Source: Spirochaetaceae bacterium (GTDB lineage Bacteria; Spirochaetota; Spirochaetia; DSM-2461). Taken from it: DNA of 64,000 bases. Shown here piece by piece: positions 27,745 through 38,248 of the stretch (position 1 is the stretch's first letter; each line of letters begins with the position of its first letter). The translations under genes and the position numbers were made by a program. Where the stretch lies: NCBI GenBank assembly GCA_965224705.1, contig OZ245056.1, positions 1,440,001 through 1,504,000 of the forward strand, in the 5' to 3' direction. The notes below the pieces were generated by a model. That model had not been told where the DNA came from, did not search any database, and saw nothing but the letters and a program-made list of their open reading frames with translations.

Positions 27745-28567
27745 AAAAGCTCTGGCGGGTCTTATCATTCTGGGGATCTTCATCCTCATCGCCATTTTCG
27801 CCCCCCTCCTTGCCCCCTTCGGGCCAAAACAAAATGTGGATGACCTGGGGAATAAAAATGAGTTGATGGCTCCTCCCTCAGCCAAACACCTGCTGGGCAC
27901 CACTAACGCTGGTTACGACCTCTTCTCCCAACTCCTCTACGGTTCAAGGGTTACTCTGGGAGTGGGCATCATCACCGGCTTAATCACCACCTTCATCTCT
28001 CTCACCGTGGGAATGCTGGGAGGCTATTTGCGGGGCCCTGTGGATGATGTAATTTCCTTCATCTGCAACATTTTCCTCGTCATACCCAGTCTTCCGCTGG
28101 TAATCGTCGTGGCATCCTATATCTCAATCAAGGGCGTTGTCCCCATCGTCCTCATTCTTGCCTTTACGGGGTGGGCCTGGGGATCCAGGATCATCAGGGC
28201 CCAGGTTCTTTCCATAGGAGAGAGGGAGTATGTAAAAATGGCCGAGGTTATGGGAGAACATTCCCTGATGATCGTCTTCCGGGAGATTTTACCCAACATC
28301 ATATCTCTGGTAATGGCCATCTTTTTTACATCCACCATCGCGGCCATCATAGGCGAGGCCACACTGGAGTTTATCGGTCTTGGTAATATCTCCACGGTAA
28401 CATGGGGAACCATGCTTTTCTGGGCCCAGAATAATTCGGCCCTTCTTCTCGGTGCCTGGTGGTGGTTTCTTCCGCCGGGGCTGCTCATCGGACTTCTGGG
28501 CACGTCTTTCGCTTTGATGAACTTTGCCGTCGATGAAATCTCAAACCCCAAAATAAGGAAAAGATGA
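27707..28567 (+). CDS. Opp/Dpp-type ABC permease (OppC-like)
   Basis: HLLGT, EILPN, WWWFLPPG; ATG at 27707 after GGAGG. Confidence 0.92.
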   Translation: MKQDVFRLFIDNKKALAGLIILGIFILIAIFAPLLAPFGPKQNVDDLGNKNELMAPPSAKHLLGTTNAGYDLFSQLLYGSRVTLGVGIITGLITTFISLTVGMLGGYLRGPVDDVISFICNIFLVIPSLPLVIVVASYISIKGVVPIVLILAFTGWAWGSRIIRAQVLSIGEREYVKMAEVMGEHSLMIVFREILPNIISLVMAIFFTSTIAAIIGEATLEFIGLGNISTVTWGTMLFWAQNNSALLLGAWWWFLPPGLLIGLLGTSFALMNFAVDEISNPKIRKR

Positions 28568-28570
28568 CCC

Positions 28571-29629
28571 ATGAAGGATGTTCTAAAAAACACCGGGACT
28601 GACCGGGGTGAACCTTCACAATCGAAAACATCGGCTTATCCCGAAAGCGGCTCCGATACATTGCTGAAGCTTGTTAATCTCAATGCCGGTTATCAGATGA
28701 AGCAGGGGAAGATTAAAGCCGTCGATTCCATAAACCTGGAGTTAAAACGGGGGGAATTCCTGGGAATAGCCGGAGAATCGGGCTGCGGAAAATCTACCCT
28801 GGCTTACACAATCATGGGGCTTCTTGAGGATAATGGCCGAGTCTTTGATGGCCAACTTTTTTTCGATGGACGAAAGATTAGCCCTACCGACGAGAAGGTC
28901 TACAGAACAATTCGCTGGAACAAGGTATCCATGGTGTTTCAATCCGCCATGAACTCCCTGAACCCCGTTCTTACCATTAGAGAACAGCTTACCGATGCCC
29001 TCCTCAGCCATGACAGAAATTTGAAAGCCGCCGATGCTCTGGAAAGGGCTAAAAGCAGGCTCAGACTTGTTGACATAAGCGAAGATCGTCTGGATGCCTA
29101 TCCCCATCAGCTTTCGGGGGGAATGAAACAGCGGGTGATGATAGCCATGGCCCTCATAATGGATCCCGATATTATCATCATGGATGAACCCACCACGGCC
29201 CTGGATGTGGTGGTACAGAGAACCATAATCGATAAGATCGCAGAACTACAGAGGGAATTTCAATTTGCCGTTATCTTCATTACCCACGATATCTCCCTCC
29301 TTGTTGAAATATCCGACAAACTCATCATCATGTACGCCGGACAGGTGGTGGAGAGCGGCCCGGCCGCGAGGGTTTACAACTATCCGGCCCATCCCTATAC
29401 AAGGGGACTCATGCGCTCCTTTCCTTCCCTCACGGGCAAACTCATTGAATTTGGCGGGATCCCGGGCAAACCGCCGGATTTTCTAAGTCTCCCCGGAGGG
29501 TGTCGCTTCAGCCCCCGCTGCCCCGAGGCGAAAGATGTTTGTAGACTTGAGGACCCCGATTTCATCCAGGTGGGGGAAGATCACCATGGCCGATGTCATT
29601 TCGCCAGGAGGAAGGGTGAAAGAGAATAA
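28571..29629 (+). CDS. Opp/Dpp-type ABC ATPase (OppD-like)
   Basis: GESGCGKS, LSGGMKQR, DEPTTALD, GCRFSPRC. Confidence 0.95.
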   Translation: MKDVLKNTGTDRGEPSQSKTSAYPESGSDTLLKLVNLNAGYQMKQGKIKAVDSINLELKRGEFLGIAGESGCGKSTLAYTIMGLLEDNGRVFDGQLFFDGRKISPTDEKVYRTIRWNKVSMVFQSAMNSLNPVLTIREQLTDALLSHDRNLKAADALERAKSRLRLVDISEDRLDAYPHQLSGGMKQRVMIAMALIMDPDIIIMDEPTTALDVVVQRTIIDKIAELQREFQFAVIFITHDISLLVEISDKLIIMYAGQVVESGPAARVYNYPAHPYTRGLMRSFPSLTGKLIEFGGIPGKPPDFLSLPGGCRFSPRCPEAKDVCRLEDPDFIQVGEDHHGRCHFARRKGERE

Positions 29630-30584
29630 CCAGTTATTGGAAATCCGGGGGGTGAGCAAACAATTCCCCATTCGTCGATTAGGAAGGGACCAATCTGTTC
29701 ACGCCATGCATGATGTTTCCTTTTCCATCGACAATGGCGAGATCCTGGCCCTCGTAGGAGAATCGGGAAGCGGTAAAAGTACAACAGCCAAGGTCATTGC
29801 CAAGCTCTACGAACACGATGAGGGCCTGGCCCGTTTCAAGGGAAAGGATATTGGAGTGATCCGTTCAAGGAAGGAATCCCTTGAGTACAAAAAAAATGTC
29901 CAGATGATATTCCAGGATCCCTTTGGTTCCCTCAATCCCACACATACCATCAATACCATCCTGGAACGTGCCTTTGTGATTCACAAACTCTGCCCCAGGA
30001 GGGAAATACCTGAAAGGGTTGAGGAACTTCTTGCTCATGTAGGAATGGTGCCGCCGGAGCAGTATTTGCGAAAATTCCCCCATGAACTTTCGGGAGGGCA
30101 GCGGCAGAGAATCAATATTGCCCGGGCCATATCCGTGAGACCCAAACTGCTTCTGGCCGATGAGCCCACATCGATGCTCGACGTTTCCATCAGGATGATT
30201 ATCATGAATATGATTAGACAATTTCGAGACAACCAGGGAATTTCCTGTCTCTACATAACCCACGATCTTGCTGGCGCCCGATACATCGCCGACAGAATCG
30301 CCGTTATGTATGCCGGAATGGTTATGGAGGTGGGAAGGGCCGAGGATGTGATCCAGAAGGTCTACCATCCCTATTCTCAACTCCTCAAGGCCGCAGCGCC
30401 CAAACCGGAGAATCTCTTCAACCGGGAAAAACTCACCACAAAGGGAGAGATACCCAGCCTTATCAAGCCCCCATCGGGTTGTCGATTCCACCCCCGCTGC
30501 CCTGTCGTCCGACCGGAATGCTCTGAAAAGATTCCTCCGATGAAGGAAAAAGGGGATGGCCATCTGGTGAGATGCATACTCTGA
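29616..30584 (+). CDS. Opp/Dpp-type ABC ATPase (OppF-like)
   Basis: GESGSGKS, LSGGQRQR, GCRFHPRC; GTG at 29616 after AGGAGG. Confidence 0.93.
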   Translation: MKENNQLLEIRGVSKQFPIRRLGRDQSVHAMHDVSFSIDNGEILALVGESGSGKSTTAKVIAKLYEHDEGLARFKGKDIGVIRSRKESLEYKKNVQMIFQDPFGSLNPTHTINTILERAFVIHKLCPRREIPERVEELLAHVGMVPPEQYLRKFPHELSGGQRQRINIARAISVRPKLLLADEPTSMLDVSIRMIIMNMIRQFRDNQGISCLYITHDLAGARYIADRIAVMYAGMVMEVGRAEDVIQKVYHPYSQLLKAAAPKPENLFNREKLTTKGEIPSLIKPPSGCRFHPRCPVVRPECSEKIPPMKEKGDGHLVRCIL

Positions 30585-30605
30585 GTCGGTGCGGAGGGAA
30601 ATGAG

Positions 30606-31664
30606 ATGCATCTAAGGGAACTGGCCGCAGGGGAGGTCGAGAAGGGAACTTTTCCGGCCATCTCCATGCTGGTGGAAAAACGCGGCCAGAGGCAATTCAC
30701 CTTCCACGGCGGTAAACGCCAGATCTTTCCCGAGGAAGAACCCATTTCCCCGGATACAATCTATGACCTTGCCTCCCTCACGAAGCCTCTGGCGACGACT
30801 CTGGCGGCTCTCAATGTTTTTGAAGCCGAGGGGATCCGATTCGACTCCCCAGTTTCCCGATTCATCTCCCGAATGAGGGGAAGAGAAATTACCCTGGAAT
30901 CCCTCTTCACTCATACTTCCGCCCTGCCTCCGGTTTCCAATCTTTACGAGGAATTCGCTACCGAGGATGAAATTGATAGGGAGAAATGCCTGGCCAGGCT
31001 TTTTTCCCTGGAGCCTCAAACTGAATATGAATCCCAGGTAATCTATAGCTGCACCGGATACCTTCTTCTTGCACGGGTCATTGAAGAAATCACCGGAATA
31101 AATCTGTCCAGGCTCTTTGAAACATTGATTGTCGAGCCGACGGGACTGGGGGGCATTGGGTTTTCCCCCGATGAAGATCAAAGATCCCTCGCTGCGGCCA
31201 CAGAGTACTGTTCCTGGCGTAAGAGATGGCTGAAGGGAGAGGTCCATGATAAAAATGCCTGGTGTTTTCCAGGGGGAGGGGGAAACGCGGGATTATTCGG
31301 TACCCTGAAAGGGGTCAGTTCCCTTGCGGATGTTTTTCTTCAGGAAGGTTATCTTAACGGTCGGCAAATCCTCTCTCCCCGCGGACTTTTTTGCATGACC
31401 CATAATATGACCGGTGATCTTTCGCCAAAGAGAGCCTACGGTTTCCTCATGCAGGATGCAGGCAGCTTTGCCGGGCCCTGTTTCTCCTCGTCGGCCTTCG
31501 GGCATACCGGTTTCACCGGCGTCAGCCTATGGATTGATCCTGCAAAAGAACTCAAGATAGTGATCCTTACAAACCGGGTTCATTTCGGAAGGGATAAAAC
31601 GTCCGCGGCGACTATTGATTTCAGAAGGCGGATTCACAGCCATATCGCGGAAGAATATGCCTGA
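30606..31664 (+). CDS. Beta-lactamase-fold serine hydrolase (AmiE/NamA-like by context)
   Basis: SxxK (ASLTK), YSC, GEVHDKNA, HTGFTG. Confidence 0.85.
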   Translation: MHLRELAAGEVEKGTFPAISMLVEKRGQRQFTFHGGKRQIFPEEEPISPDTIYDLASLTKPLATTLAALNVFEAEGIRFDSPVSRFISRMRGREITLESLFTHTSALPPVSNLYEEFATEDEIDREKCLARLFSLEPQTEYESQVIYSCTGYLLLARVIEEITGINLSRLFETLIVEPTGLGGIGFSPDEDQRSLAAATEYCSWRKRWLKGEVHDKNAWCFPGGGGNAGLFGTLKGVSSLADVFLQEGYLNGRQILSPRGLFCMTHNMTGDLSPKRAYGFLMQDAGSFAGPCFSSSAFGHTGFTGVSLWIDPAKELKIVILTNRVHFGRDKTSAATIDFRRRIHSHIAEEYA

Positions 31665-31673
31665 TGTAAGGAA

Positions 31674-32759
31674 TCAGCCTCCCCCCGGTAATTCTGCCGG
31701 ATGGATTACATAGCAGGCGCCGCCTGAACCTTCAAGCCAGCGCTGCTGCAATTGATCGCAGCGGTAGGTTCTTTTTACCTGGGAATCGGTTCTTCCCGCA
31801 GGGTCCTGAACGAATGCGCCTCCGGCTCCATCAAAACCGGTGATGACAATGAGGTGGCCCGCAGTGGAGGGGATGGGACTGCCGTCCAGGGGGCGATCCT
31901 CTTCCCTGTTCCAGGACACACTCATAACCAGGGGGATGCCCTGGCTAAGGTAGGGAAGGAGGTCATCCAATCTGGAAAAACGGCGGACCGTACTCCTCAG
32001 TCCCAGGCTTCCCACATAGGCTGTATTGAAACTCCAGTTGCCGTTTCCCCCGTAGATGGGATCGTAGGTTCCCTCCAGGGCTTCTTTTAGTCCCTCCTCA
32101 CTGTTTTGCGAATACCCCCGCCAATAGTAAAGGATCATGCATAAACAGGTGGGGCTGCACCAGGAACGTCCTCCTTTGCTGTAGTTAAACTGAGATTGAA
32201 CCGGTACATCTTCAATGCAAACCCTCTTTAGTATGTCCCCCGGGAGGGAAGATCCTGCCCGGGGCATAGGCGAACTAAAGGTGAGGGCCGCGGCGTTGAG
32301 AATGGGCATTGCCCCTCCACTGACCTGGTTGAGCCTTATCATCATCTGAAAACGCCGACAGCATCGTTTGAGCGTCAGGGTGTCGGTGGAAACGGCGGCA
32401 TCTTCATCCTCCTGATCTATGAAGGAGAACTTCTGGATCAAGGCTTTCGGAGGAGCCCATACCGCCATCCGGTACCAGGTTGTCCACCGATGGCCGATCT
32501 CCCCCCTCAGGAATACTTCCATCCACCCATGGTTCCCGCAGAGGGCATTCCACGAAGGGATTATCTCTTGAATATCGAAGGGGCTTTCCACCACCGGGCT
32601 GAGCAGTTCCACCGTCCCGGCAATGGGAAGGGTGCTCTTCCACCCCAGGGAGGAGTAAACTGACTCTTGATCTAAGGCATTTTTCCCGGTAGTCTGAAAG
32701 TCGAAGAGGCGGAATCCTGTTTTGTAAGCACCATCATTTTGCTGTATCATGTTATCCAT
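31674..32759 (-). CDS. C39-like cysteine peptidase
   Basis: SQ...WCSPT, GNWSFN, GHLIV, QDPA catalytic pattern. Confidence 0.85.
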   Translation of the reverse strand: MDNMIQQNDGAYKTGFRLFDFQTTGKNALDQESVYSSLGWKSTLPIAGTVELLSPVVESPFDIQEIIPSWNALCGNHGWMEVFLRGEIGHRWTTWYRMAVWAPPKALIQKFSFIDQEDEDAAVSTDTLTLKRCCRRFQMMIRLNQVSGGAMPILNAAALTFSSPMPRAGSSLPGDILKRVCIEDVPVQSQFNYSKGGRSWCSPTCLCMILYYWRGYSQNSEEGLKEALEGTYDPIYGGNGNWSFNTAYVGSLGLRSTVRRFSRLDDLLPYLSQGIPLVMSVSWNREEDRPLDGSPIPSTAGHLIVITGFDGAGGAFVQDPAGRTDSQVKRTYRCDQLQQRWLEGSGGACYVIHPAELPGGG

Positions 32760-32905
32760 GCAAGTTTGTAAGATACTAAAAAGTCGCGGGATAAACCAGT
32801 TGTTTAACTCCTTTGTGTGTTTCCCCTTGTTTTTCTGATACTACACTATCATGGTGGAGTTTTAAAGCTCTCTGAATTCTAAGATTTTCCATTGGGAGGC
32901 CATTC

Positions 32906-34390
32906 ATGCACGAATTGGGACGCCCCGGTGCTTTGTTCATGCTCGGGTTGTACGGATGCGAAAAACTTGGCGAAAAAGATAAAAGACTCCTTGAGCTGAT
33001 TAAACCTTCCGGGATAATTCTTTTTAAGAGAAATATCCAGACCGCCGAACAGGTTGATCGCCTCATTGATGAAACCGCAAGGTTTCTTGGGTACAAACCG
33101 CTTATTTCGATTGATCAGGAAGGAGGCATCGTCAGCCGCCTCACCGAGGGCTTCACTGTTTCTCCGGGAGCCATGGCCCTGGGCCGGACGGGGAATAGCC
33201 AATATGCCTACGAGGCGGGGAAAATACTGGGAAAAGAGATGAAAGCCCTGGGCATCGACTGGGATCTGGCCCCGGTTGTCGATATTAACAACAATCCGGA
33301 TAATCCGGGGATCGGAATCCGTTCTTTTGGCGATAAAAGAGAAATCGTCACCGAATTTGCCGGGCAGTTTGTCCGCGGCCTGGAAACCCAGGGCATTATT
33401 TCCTGTCTGAAGCACTTCCCCGGTAAGGGACGGGTAAGGATAGATGCCCATCTGGATATGCCGGTTCTCGACGTGGAAGAAGCCGTGCTATTTGAAGAAG
33501 AACTCCATCCGTACATGAAGATTAAGTCCCCCAGCTGGATGCCAAGTCATGTCCATTATTCGGCACTCCAGACCAAGAAGGAACCCGCTTCGGTGAGCCG
33601 AGAAATCCTCACCGATTTAGTGAGGGGACGCCTTGGATATGGCGGTGTCCTTGTTGCCGACGACATGACGATGGGGGGTGTAACCAACTACTATTCGGTT
33701 GCCCAGGGGGTCAAGCTTTCCTTCTATGCCGGCATGGATGTCCTGCTTATCTGCCATGATTATGATAAGCAGGTTGAGTCCTACAATGTTCTTGTAAAAG
33801 AGGTCGAACAAAATGAGACGGCCCGAATGAGGATGGAGGAATCCCTCAAACGGATAGAAGGCCTCTTTCTTTTGAGGAACGTCGAAAAACCTTCCAGGGA
33901 TTGCCTGGGAGAACCGGCCCATCTTCAGGTGATGAGGGAGATAAGCGGTAAGGCCGTTGAAATATTGAAGAACGAAGATAAGGCCATTCCCCTCAAAGGT
34001 GTTGATCTGATTTATGCGGTTGATTTGGGAACCGGAAAAGTTCAGGTGGAGGATAAAAACCGGGAGGCTTGCCCACCGGCTTTCCGGCTTTCCCGTGAAA
34101 CAGGGGCCCCCGTGACAAGAATTACACAGGAAATTCTTGCCGCCCCTACCGAAGCAGCCAGGGCCGCCGGGGGCAAGAAGGTTGTTATCTTCACGGAAAA
34201 TGCCCACCTCGACGGAGGGATGAAGGCTTTTATCCGGGAACTTTCCCGTAAGGCAGGGGTGTTGACGCTATGTGCGTTGAGGAATCCCTACGACCGGGAC
34301 ATTGAGGGGGTACGGAATGCGGTCTGCTCCTATGGATATACGCCGATGCAGCAGGAGAGTATCGTTGAGCTGATGCTGGGTGGGGGATAA
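32906..34390 (+). CDS. nagZ: GH3 beta-N-acetylhexosaminidase, copy 1
   Basis: IDQEGG, APVVD, RSFG, KHFPGKG-x4-DAH, ADDMTM. Confidence 0.88.
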   Translation: MHELGRPGALFMLGLYGCEKLGEKDKRLLELIKPSGIILFKRNIQTAEQVDRLIDETARFLGYKPLISIDQEGGIVSRLTEGFTVSPGAMALGRTGNSQYAYEAGKILGKEMKALGIDWDLAPVVDINNNPDNPGIGIRSFGDKREIVTEFAGQFVRGLETQGIISCLKHFPGKGRVRIDAHLDMPVLDVEEAVLFEEELHPYMKIKSPSWMPSHVHYSALQTKKEPASVSREILTDLVRGRLGYGGVLVADDMTMGGVTNYYSVAQGVKLSFYAGMDVLLICHDYDKQVESYNVLVKEVEQNETARMRMEESLKRIEGLFLLRNVEKPSRDCLGEPAHLQVMREISGKAVEILKNEDKAIPLKGVDLIYAVDLGTGKVQVEDKNREACPPAFRLSRETGAPVTRITQEILAAPTEAARAAGGKKVVIFTENAHLDGGMKAFIRELSRKAGVLTLCALRNPYDRDIEGVRNAVCSYGYTPMQQESIVELMLGGG

Positions 34391-34589
34391 TCAAACGATG
34401 TCCGCCTCTGAACTTTAATGAAAAATTACGATATTTCATTAAGCACATTTCTTCTTTCTGCTGCCTCTGAGCCTGTATGCCTGGAGGAACGCATCGCTGA
34501 CAAACTGGGCGTCATTCTTTTTGGCAAAGGCCTTTCGGCCTGGGGAATTTTCCTATGCTTTTTTATTGACCCATGCTACACTCTATACC

Positions 34590-36353
34590 ATGAAGAAACG
34601 CTTGTCCCAGGGTATCTCTGATTTCAAGAAATTCATCGACGAAAACTGTTATTTTGTCGATAAAACCCATCTCATCAAGTATCTTATCGACAATCCCAGC
34701 GAAGTACACCTGATTACCCGCCCCCGGCGTTTCGGCAAAACCCTGAATTTGAGCATGATCCGCTATTTCTTTGAGGCTCCCTGTCCGGGGAGTTCCGAAC
34801 CGGCTAACGGCTATCTCTTTGACACTATGTCTATACGCGATCATCCCCGGTGCGTCCAGTACCAGGGGCAGTATCCGGTGATACATTTAAGTTTCAAGGA
34901 TGCCAAGGGGGCTTCGTTTGATGAATGTATGGAATTGATCAGGGATATGCTCTCCACGGAATACCGTCGGCATGGGTATTTACAAGATTGTAAAGTATTG
35001 CGTGATTCTGAGCAGAAAGTTTTCTCCAAAACAATTGATAAAAACGGCACAGATCAGGATTATGCACAATCCATAAAACACCTCTCATCCTGGCTAAAGC
35101 GAGCCTACGGCAAGCCAGCCTACATTCTGCTGGACGAGTACGACACTCCCATGATGGCCGCCTACCTTGGGGGGTATTACAGCCAGATGGCATCCTTCAT
35201 CCGCAGCTTCATGGTACAGAGCTTCAAAGACAACCCCAACCTGAAGCAGGGGGTGGTCATCGGCATACTCAAGGCGGCCCAGGAGAGCATCTTCAGCGGC
35301 TTTAACAATCCGGCGGTGTCCACCATCCTGGACCCGGACATGGAGGACTGCTTTGGATTCACCGATGGCGAAGTGGTGAAAATGGCATCGTATTACGGCC
35401 TGAAAGACAGAATGGAGGAGATACGGCAGTGGTACAACGGCTATGTTTTCGGCAGCGGCACCGTTATCTACAACCCCTGGAGCATTGTCAGTTTTCTTAA
35501 CAAGCCAGCAGCGGGTCTACGCCCCTACTGGGTAAACACCAGCGACAACAGGCTGGTGCGGGAGGCCCTGCAGTTGGAAAGAAACGAATCCATCGAAATT
35601 GTCTCCCGCCTGCTGGGGGGAAGGGAGGTGAGAAAAGAGGTCTACCACCACATCGTCTACCCGGAGATAGCGAAGAGCCCTGATGCGGTGTGGAGTTTTC
35701 TTCTCCATGGCGGCTATCTGAAGGCCACCGACCGGCAGCAGCATGAATACGGCCAGGATTATCGTCTGTCGATTCCAAACAAAGAGGTGCACTATGTTTA
35801 CAACAAGATCATTAAATCCTGGCTGGATGACGAGTTTCAGGCCAGGGAAGATTTTCTGGCCTTCATCCGGGGCGTGAGGGAGATAAATCCCCGCCTGATT
35901 GAGCTCAGCCTGACTGCGATGCTGCGGGTACTGGCCAGCTTCCACGACATGGCCCCAACCGGGCGCCCGAAGTCGGATAAAAGGAATAAGAAAAGCGGAG
36001 AGATGTTCTACCACGGCCTTCTTCTGGGCTTGCTGGCCTATCTTGGCGGAGAGTACATGGTGGAGAGCAACCGGGAATACGGCACCGGTCGGGCGGACAT
36101 AGTGCTGACCAAGCGCGCCGCCCGGGGGTGTAGCTGGAGCGACGAGGCTCTGCTCTTTGAACTGAAGCAGGAAGACAGCGGCAGCACAACCCCGCTGAAG
36201 CAGGTGGCCGCCGAGGCCTTAAGTCAGGCCATGGAAAAGTACACGGACGGCGCAATGGCCAGGTGGCAGCCCAAACGCTCTCTGGTGCTGGGGGTGGGTT
36301 TTCGCGGGAAGGATCTGGCACTGGTCTACGAAAGCCTGCCGCATGCTGGCTGA
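34590..36353 (+). CDS. AAA-ATPase-like + PD-(D/E)XK nuclease protein, dispersed copy 5
   Basis: RPRRFGKT, ILLDEYD, SNREYGTGRADI...FELK; start aligned to paralogs (MKKRLSQG). Confidence 0.92.
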   Translation: MKKRLSQGISDFKKFIDENCYFVDKTHLIKYLIDNPSEVHLITRPRRFGKTLNLSMIRYFFEAPCPGSSEPANGYLFDTMSIRDHPRCVQYQGQYPVIHLSFKDAKGASFDECMELIRDMLSTEYRRHGYLQDCKVLRDSEQKVFSKTIDKNGTDQDYAQSIKHLSSWLKRAYGKPAYILLDEYDTPMMAAYLGGYYSQMASFIRSFMVQSFKDNPNLKQGVVIGILKAAQESIFSGFNNPAVSTILDPDMEDCFGFTDGEVVKMASYYGLKDRMEEIRQWYNGYVFGSGTVIYNPWSIVSFLNKPAAGLRPYWVNTSDNRLVREALQLERNESIEIVSRLLGGREVRKEVYHHIVYPEIAKSPDAVWSFLLHGGYLKATDRQQHEYGQDYRLSIPNKEVHYVYNKIIKSWLDDEFQAREDFLAFIRGVREINPRLIELSLTAMLRVLASFHDMAPTGRPKSDKRNKKSGEMFYHGLLLGLLAYLGGEYMVESNREYGTGRADIVLTKRAARGCSWSDEALLFELKQEDSGSTTPLKQVAAEALSQAMEKYTDGAMARWQPKRSLVLGVGFRGKDLALVYESLPHAG

Positions 36354-36400
36354 TATTGAACACCGAGTCCATTGAGACGGGTCGTACTCCTGGAAAGGCA

Positions 36401-36988
36401 TCAGTCGGAATCGGGCAGGCCGTTCATGACATAGGTTCCTGTGTAAAGGAAATCACACAATCGTGACGGATTGTACATATAAGAAGGATATCCATAATCG
36501 ACCCAATTGGAGATTTCTTTATCATATGCGGCATCCATGCGGATAATTTTCCCGTCTTCATATCGGATCAGCTGATCACTCTTATAAGTCTTATCATTAT
36601 AGGTAATCCTAATACCGAGATAACGAACAGCTTCTTTTATATCGGTTTTTTTCAATTTAGATTCTTCATGTCCCGGAGAGTGAGGGGATTCCACTATGAA
36701 TCTAATGGATCCTTCCTCTAGTTTTTCAGTATCATAATACCCCTCATCGTTCCAAATTCTGTAAAACCGGGATATCCAGATATTGTCATGTATAACCCCG
36801 CCCTCCTGATCAACAACATCTATATGTATACTCTCCAGGTGTTCATCCAAATTCGGCAAATTGTTAATCTGGACCGTAAAACCGAAGAAGTAAATATCCG
36901 GATCACTGTCCGCAGGCAGTTGAAGACAGGATGTAAGTAATAACACCGCAAAACCAATGAAAATAAGCAAATGAATTGATTTTTTCAT
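36401..36988 (-). CDS. Hypothetical lipoprotein
   Basis: MKK...LLLTS-C lipobox, GAGAGG RBS, AT-rich. Confidence 0.75.
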   Translation of the reverse strand: MKKSIHLLIFIGFAVLLLTSCLQLPADSDPDIYFFGFTVQINNLPNLDEHLESIHIDVVDQEGGVIHDNIWISRFYRIWNDEGYYDTEKLEEGSIRFIVESPHSPGHEESKLKKTDIKEAVRYLGIRITYNDKTYKSDQLIRYEDGKIIRMDAAYDKEISNWVDYGYPSYMYNPSRLCDFLYTGTYVMNGLPDSD

Positions 36989-37077
36989 ATTTTTACACCT
37001 CTCGAAGATGAAGAAGCCGGATGATGCTTCAATTCGCTGAAGGCATTATCTTCGGATACTCTAATATGTCCTGAGAA

Positions 37078-37146
37078 GCAGATGAACATCGATAAGAATC
37101 TACGAAAACTGGCGAAAATCGGCGAAATCTGCGAAATCTGCGGATA
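37078..37146. repeat. Short tandem/palindromic GCAGAT...ATCTGCG repeat element
   Basis: Five 9-10 nt units (AATCTACGA, AAACTGGCGA, AAATCGGCGA, AATCTGCGA, AATCTGCGG) preceded by inverse arm GCAGATG. Confidence 0.7.
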
Positions 37147-37311
37147 AAACAGGTTGATTCTCTCAATACAGGACACAATGTCAATAGTTATGGGTGGTTC
37201 CGACAGCCAATGATTCCTTCACCAATTCCGTATTCTCAAGGGTTGAAAAGCAGTTTTTTGACTGAAGAGTCGATCAGACGAGTGGTTGAGGTAAAAAAGG
37301 AGGACGTGTTT

Positions 37312-37495
37312 GTGAAAAGAATGTATTTCTCCCTATTGGCAGTCGGCCTGCTACCTTGTGTCCCTGGAGCCTTGCCGCCCGGGGTGATGAAGAAGCAGGC
37401 AAGAATGGAGAGATAACGGTTGAATCCGGGGTGAAAAGGGGCGGCATTGTGAATGTAACCTCTTCAAAACAGGGAGTTTTGATTAAAAATTTCAA
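37312..37495 (+). pseudogene. Truncated, frameshifted duplicate of the 5' end of the family-5 SBP gene
   Basis: Aligns to 24985-25169 with a 1-nt deletion in the signal-peptide codons; upstream region from 37232 aligns to 24893. Confidence 0.9.
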
Positions 37496-38101
37496 GCCTT
37501 TGGGAGAAACCCATACCGCCATTCGGTACCAGGTTGTCCACCGAGGGCCGATCCTCCCCCTCAGGAACACTTTCATCCACCCATGGTTCCCGCAGAGACA
37601 TTCCACGAAGGGATTATCTCTTGAATATCGAAGGGGCTTTCCACCACCAGGCTGAGCAGTTCCACCGTCCCGGCAATGGGAAGGCTCCTCTTCCATCCCT
37701 GGAGTCTGTCGGACTTACGCCTCACGGCTCGATTTTGCCCTTCTCTCCAGAAGCAAGCCTCCTGCTTGCTTCTGGAGAGCCGCCTTCGTTCGTTTTCGCC
37801 GCCATCCGTGGCGGCTTTTCCTCGCTATCGCTCGGCACTCTCTCAGGATGCGAGTCCATAGACTCGCATCCCCTGCTGCGGCGTTGCCAAAATACTCACG
37901 TAGCCCAACTACGCTCCGTTTTTGTCGCCTTGCACCAGGAAAAAATCATCAAAAATCGCCTCGAAGCCTTAAAGTCCGACAGACTCCCAGGGAGGAGTAA
38001 ATTGACTCTTGACCTGAAGCATTTCTCCCGGTAGTCTGAAGGCCAAGGAGACGAAAGCCTGTTTTGTAAGTGCCACTATTCTGCGGGATCATGTTATCCA
38101 T
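37492..38101 (-). pseudogene. Truncated duplicate of the C39-like peptidase gene, interrupted by a MITE
   Basis: Aligns to about 32438-32759 apart from the MITE insert. Confidence 0.9.
37701..37987 (-). mobile_element. MITE family A, long form with internal hairpin insert
   Basis: TIRs GGAGTCTGTCGGACTT/AAGTCCGACAGACTCC; absent from the paralogous site at about 32645. Confidence 0.9.
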
Positions 38102-38248
38102 GCAAGTTTGTAAGATACTTAAAAAATCGCGGGATAAACCGGCTGTTTAACTCCTTTGTGTGTTTCCCCTTGTTTTTCTGATACTACACTATCATGGTGG
38201 AGTTTTAAAGCTCTCTGAATTCTAAGATTTTCCATTGGGAGGCCATTC

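Noticed and set aside
34418..34621. 67-aa ORF upstream of nuclease copy 5
   Set aside because: No RBS or motif, and it overlaps the promoter and start of copy 5
36985..37176. 63-aa ORF containing PQISQISP
   Set aside because: Translation of the short tandem repeat
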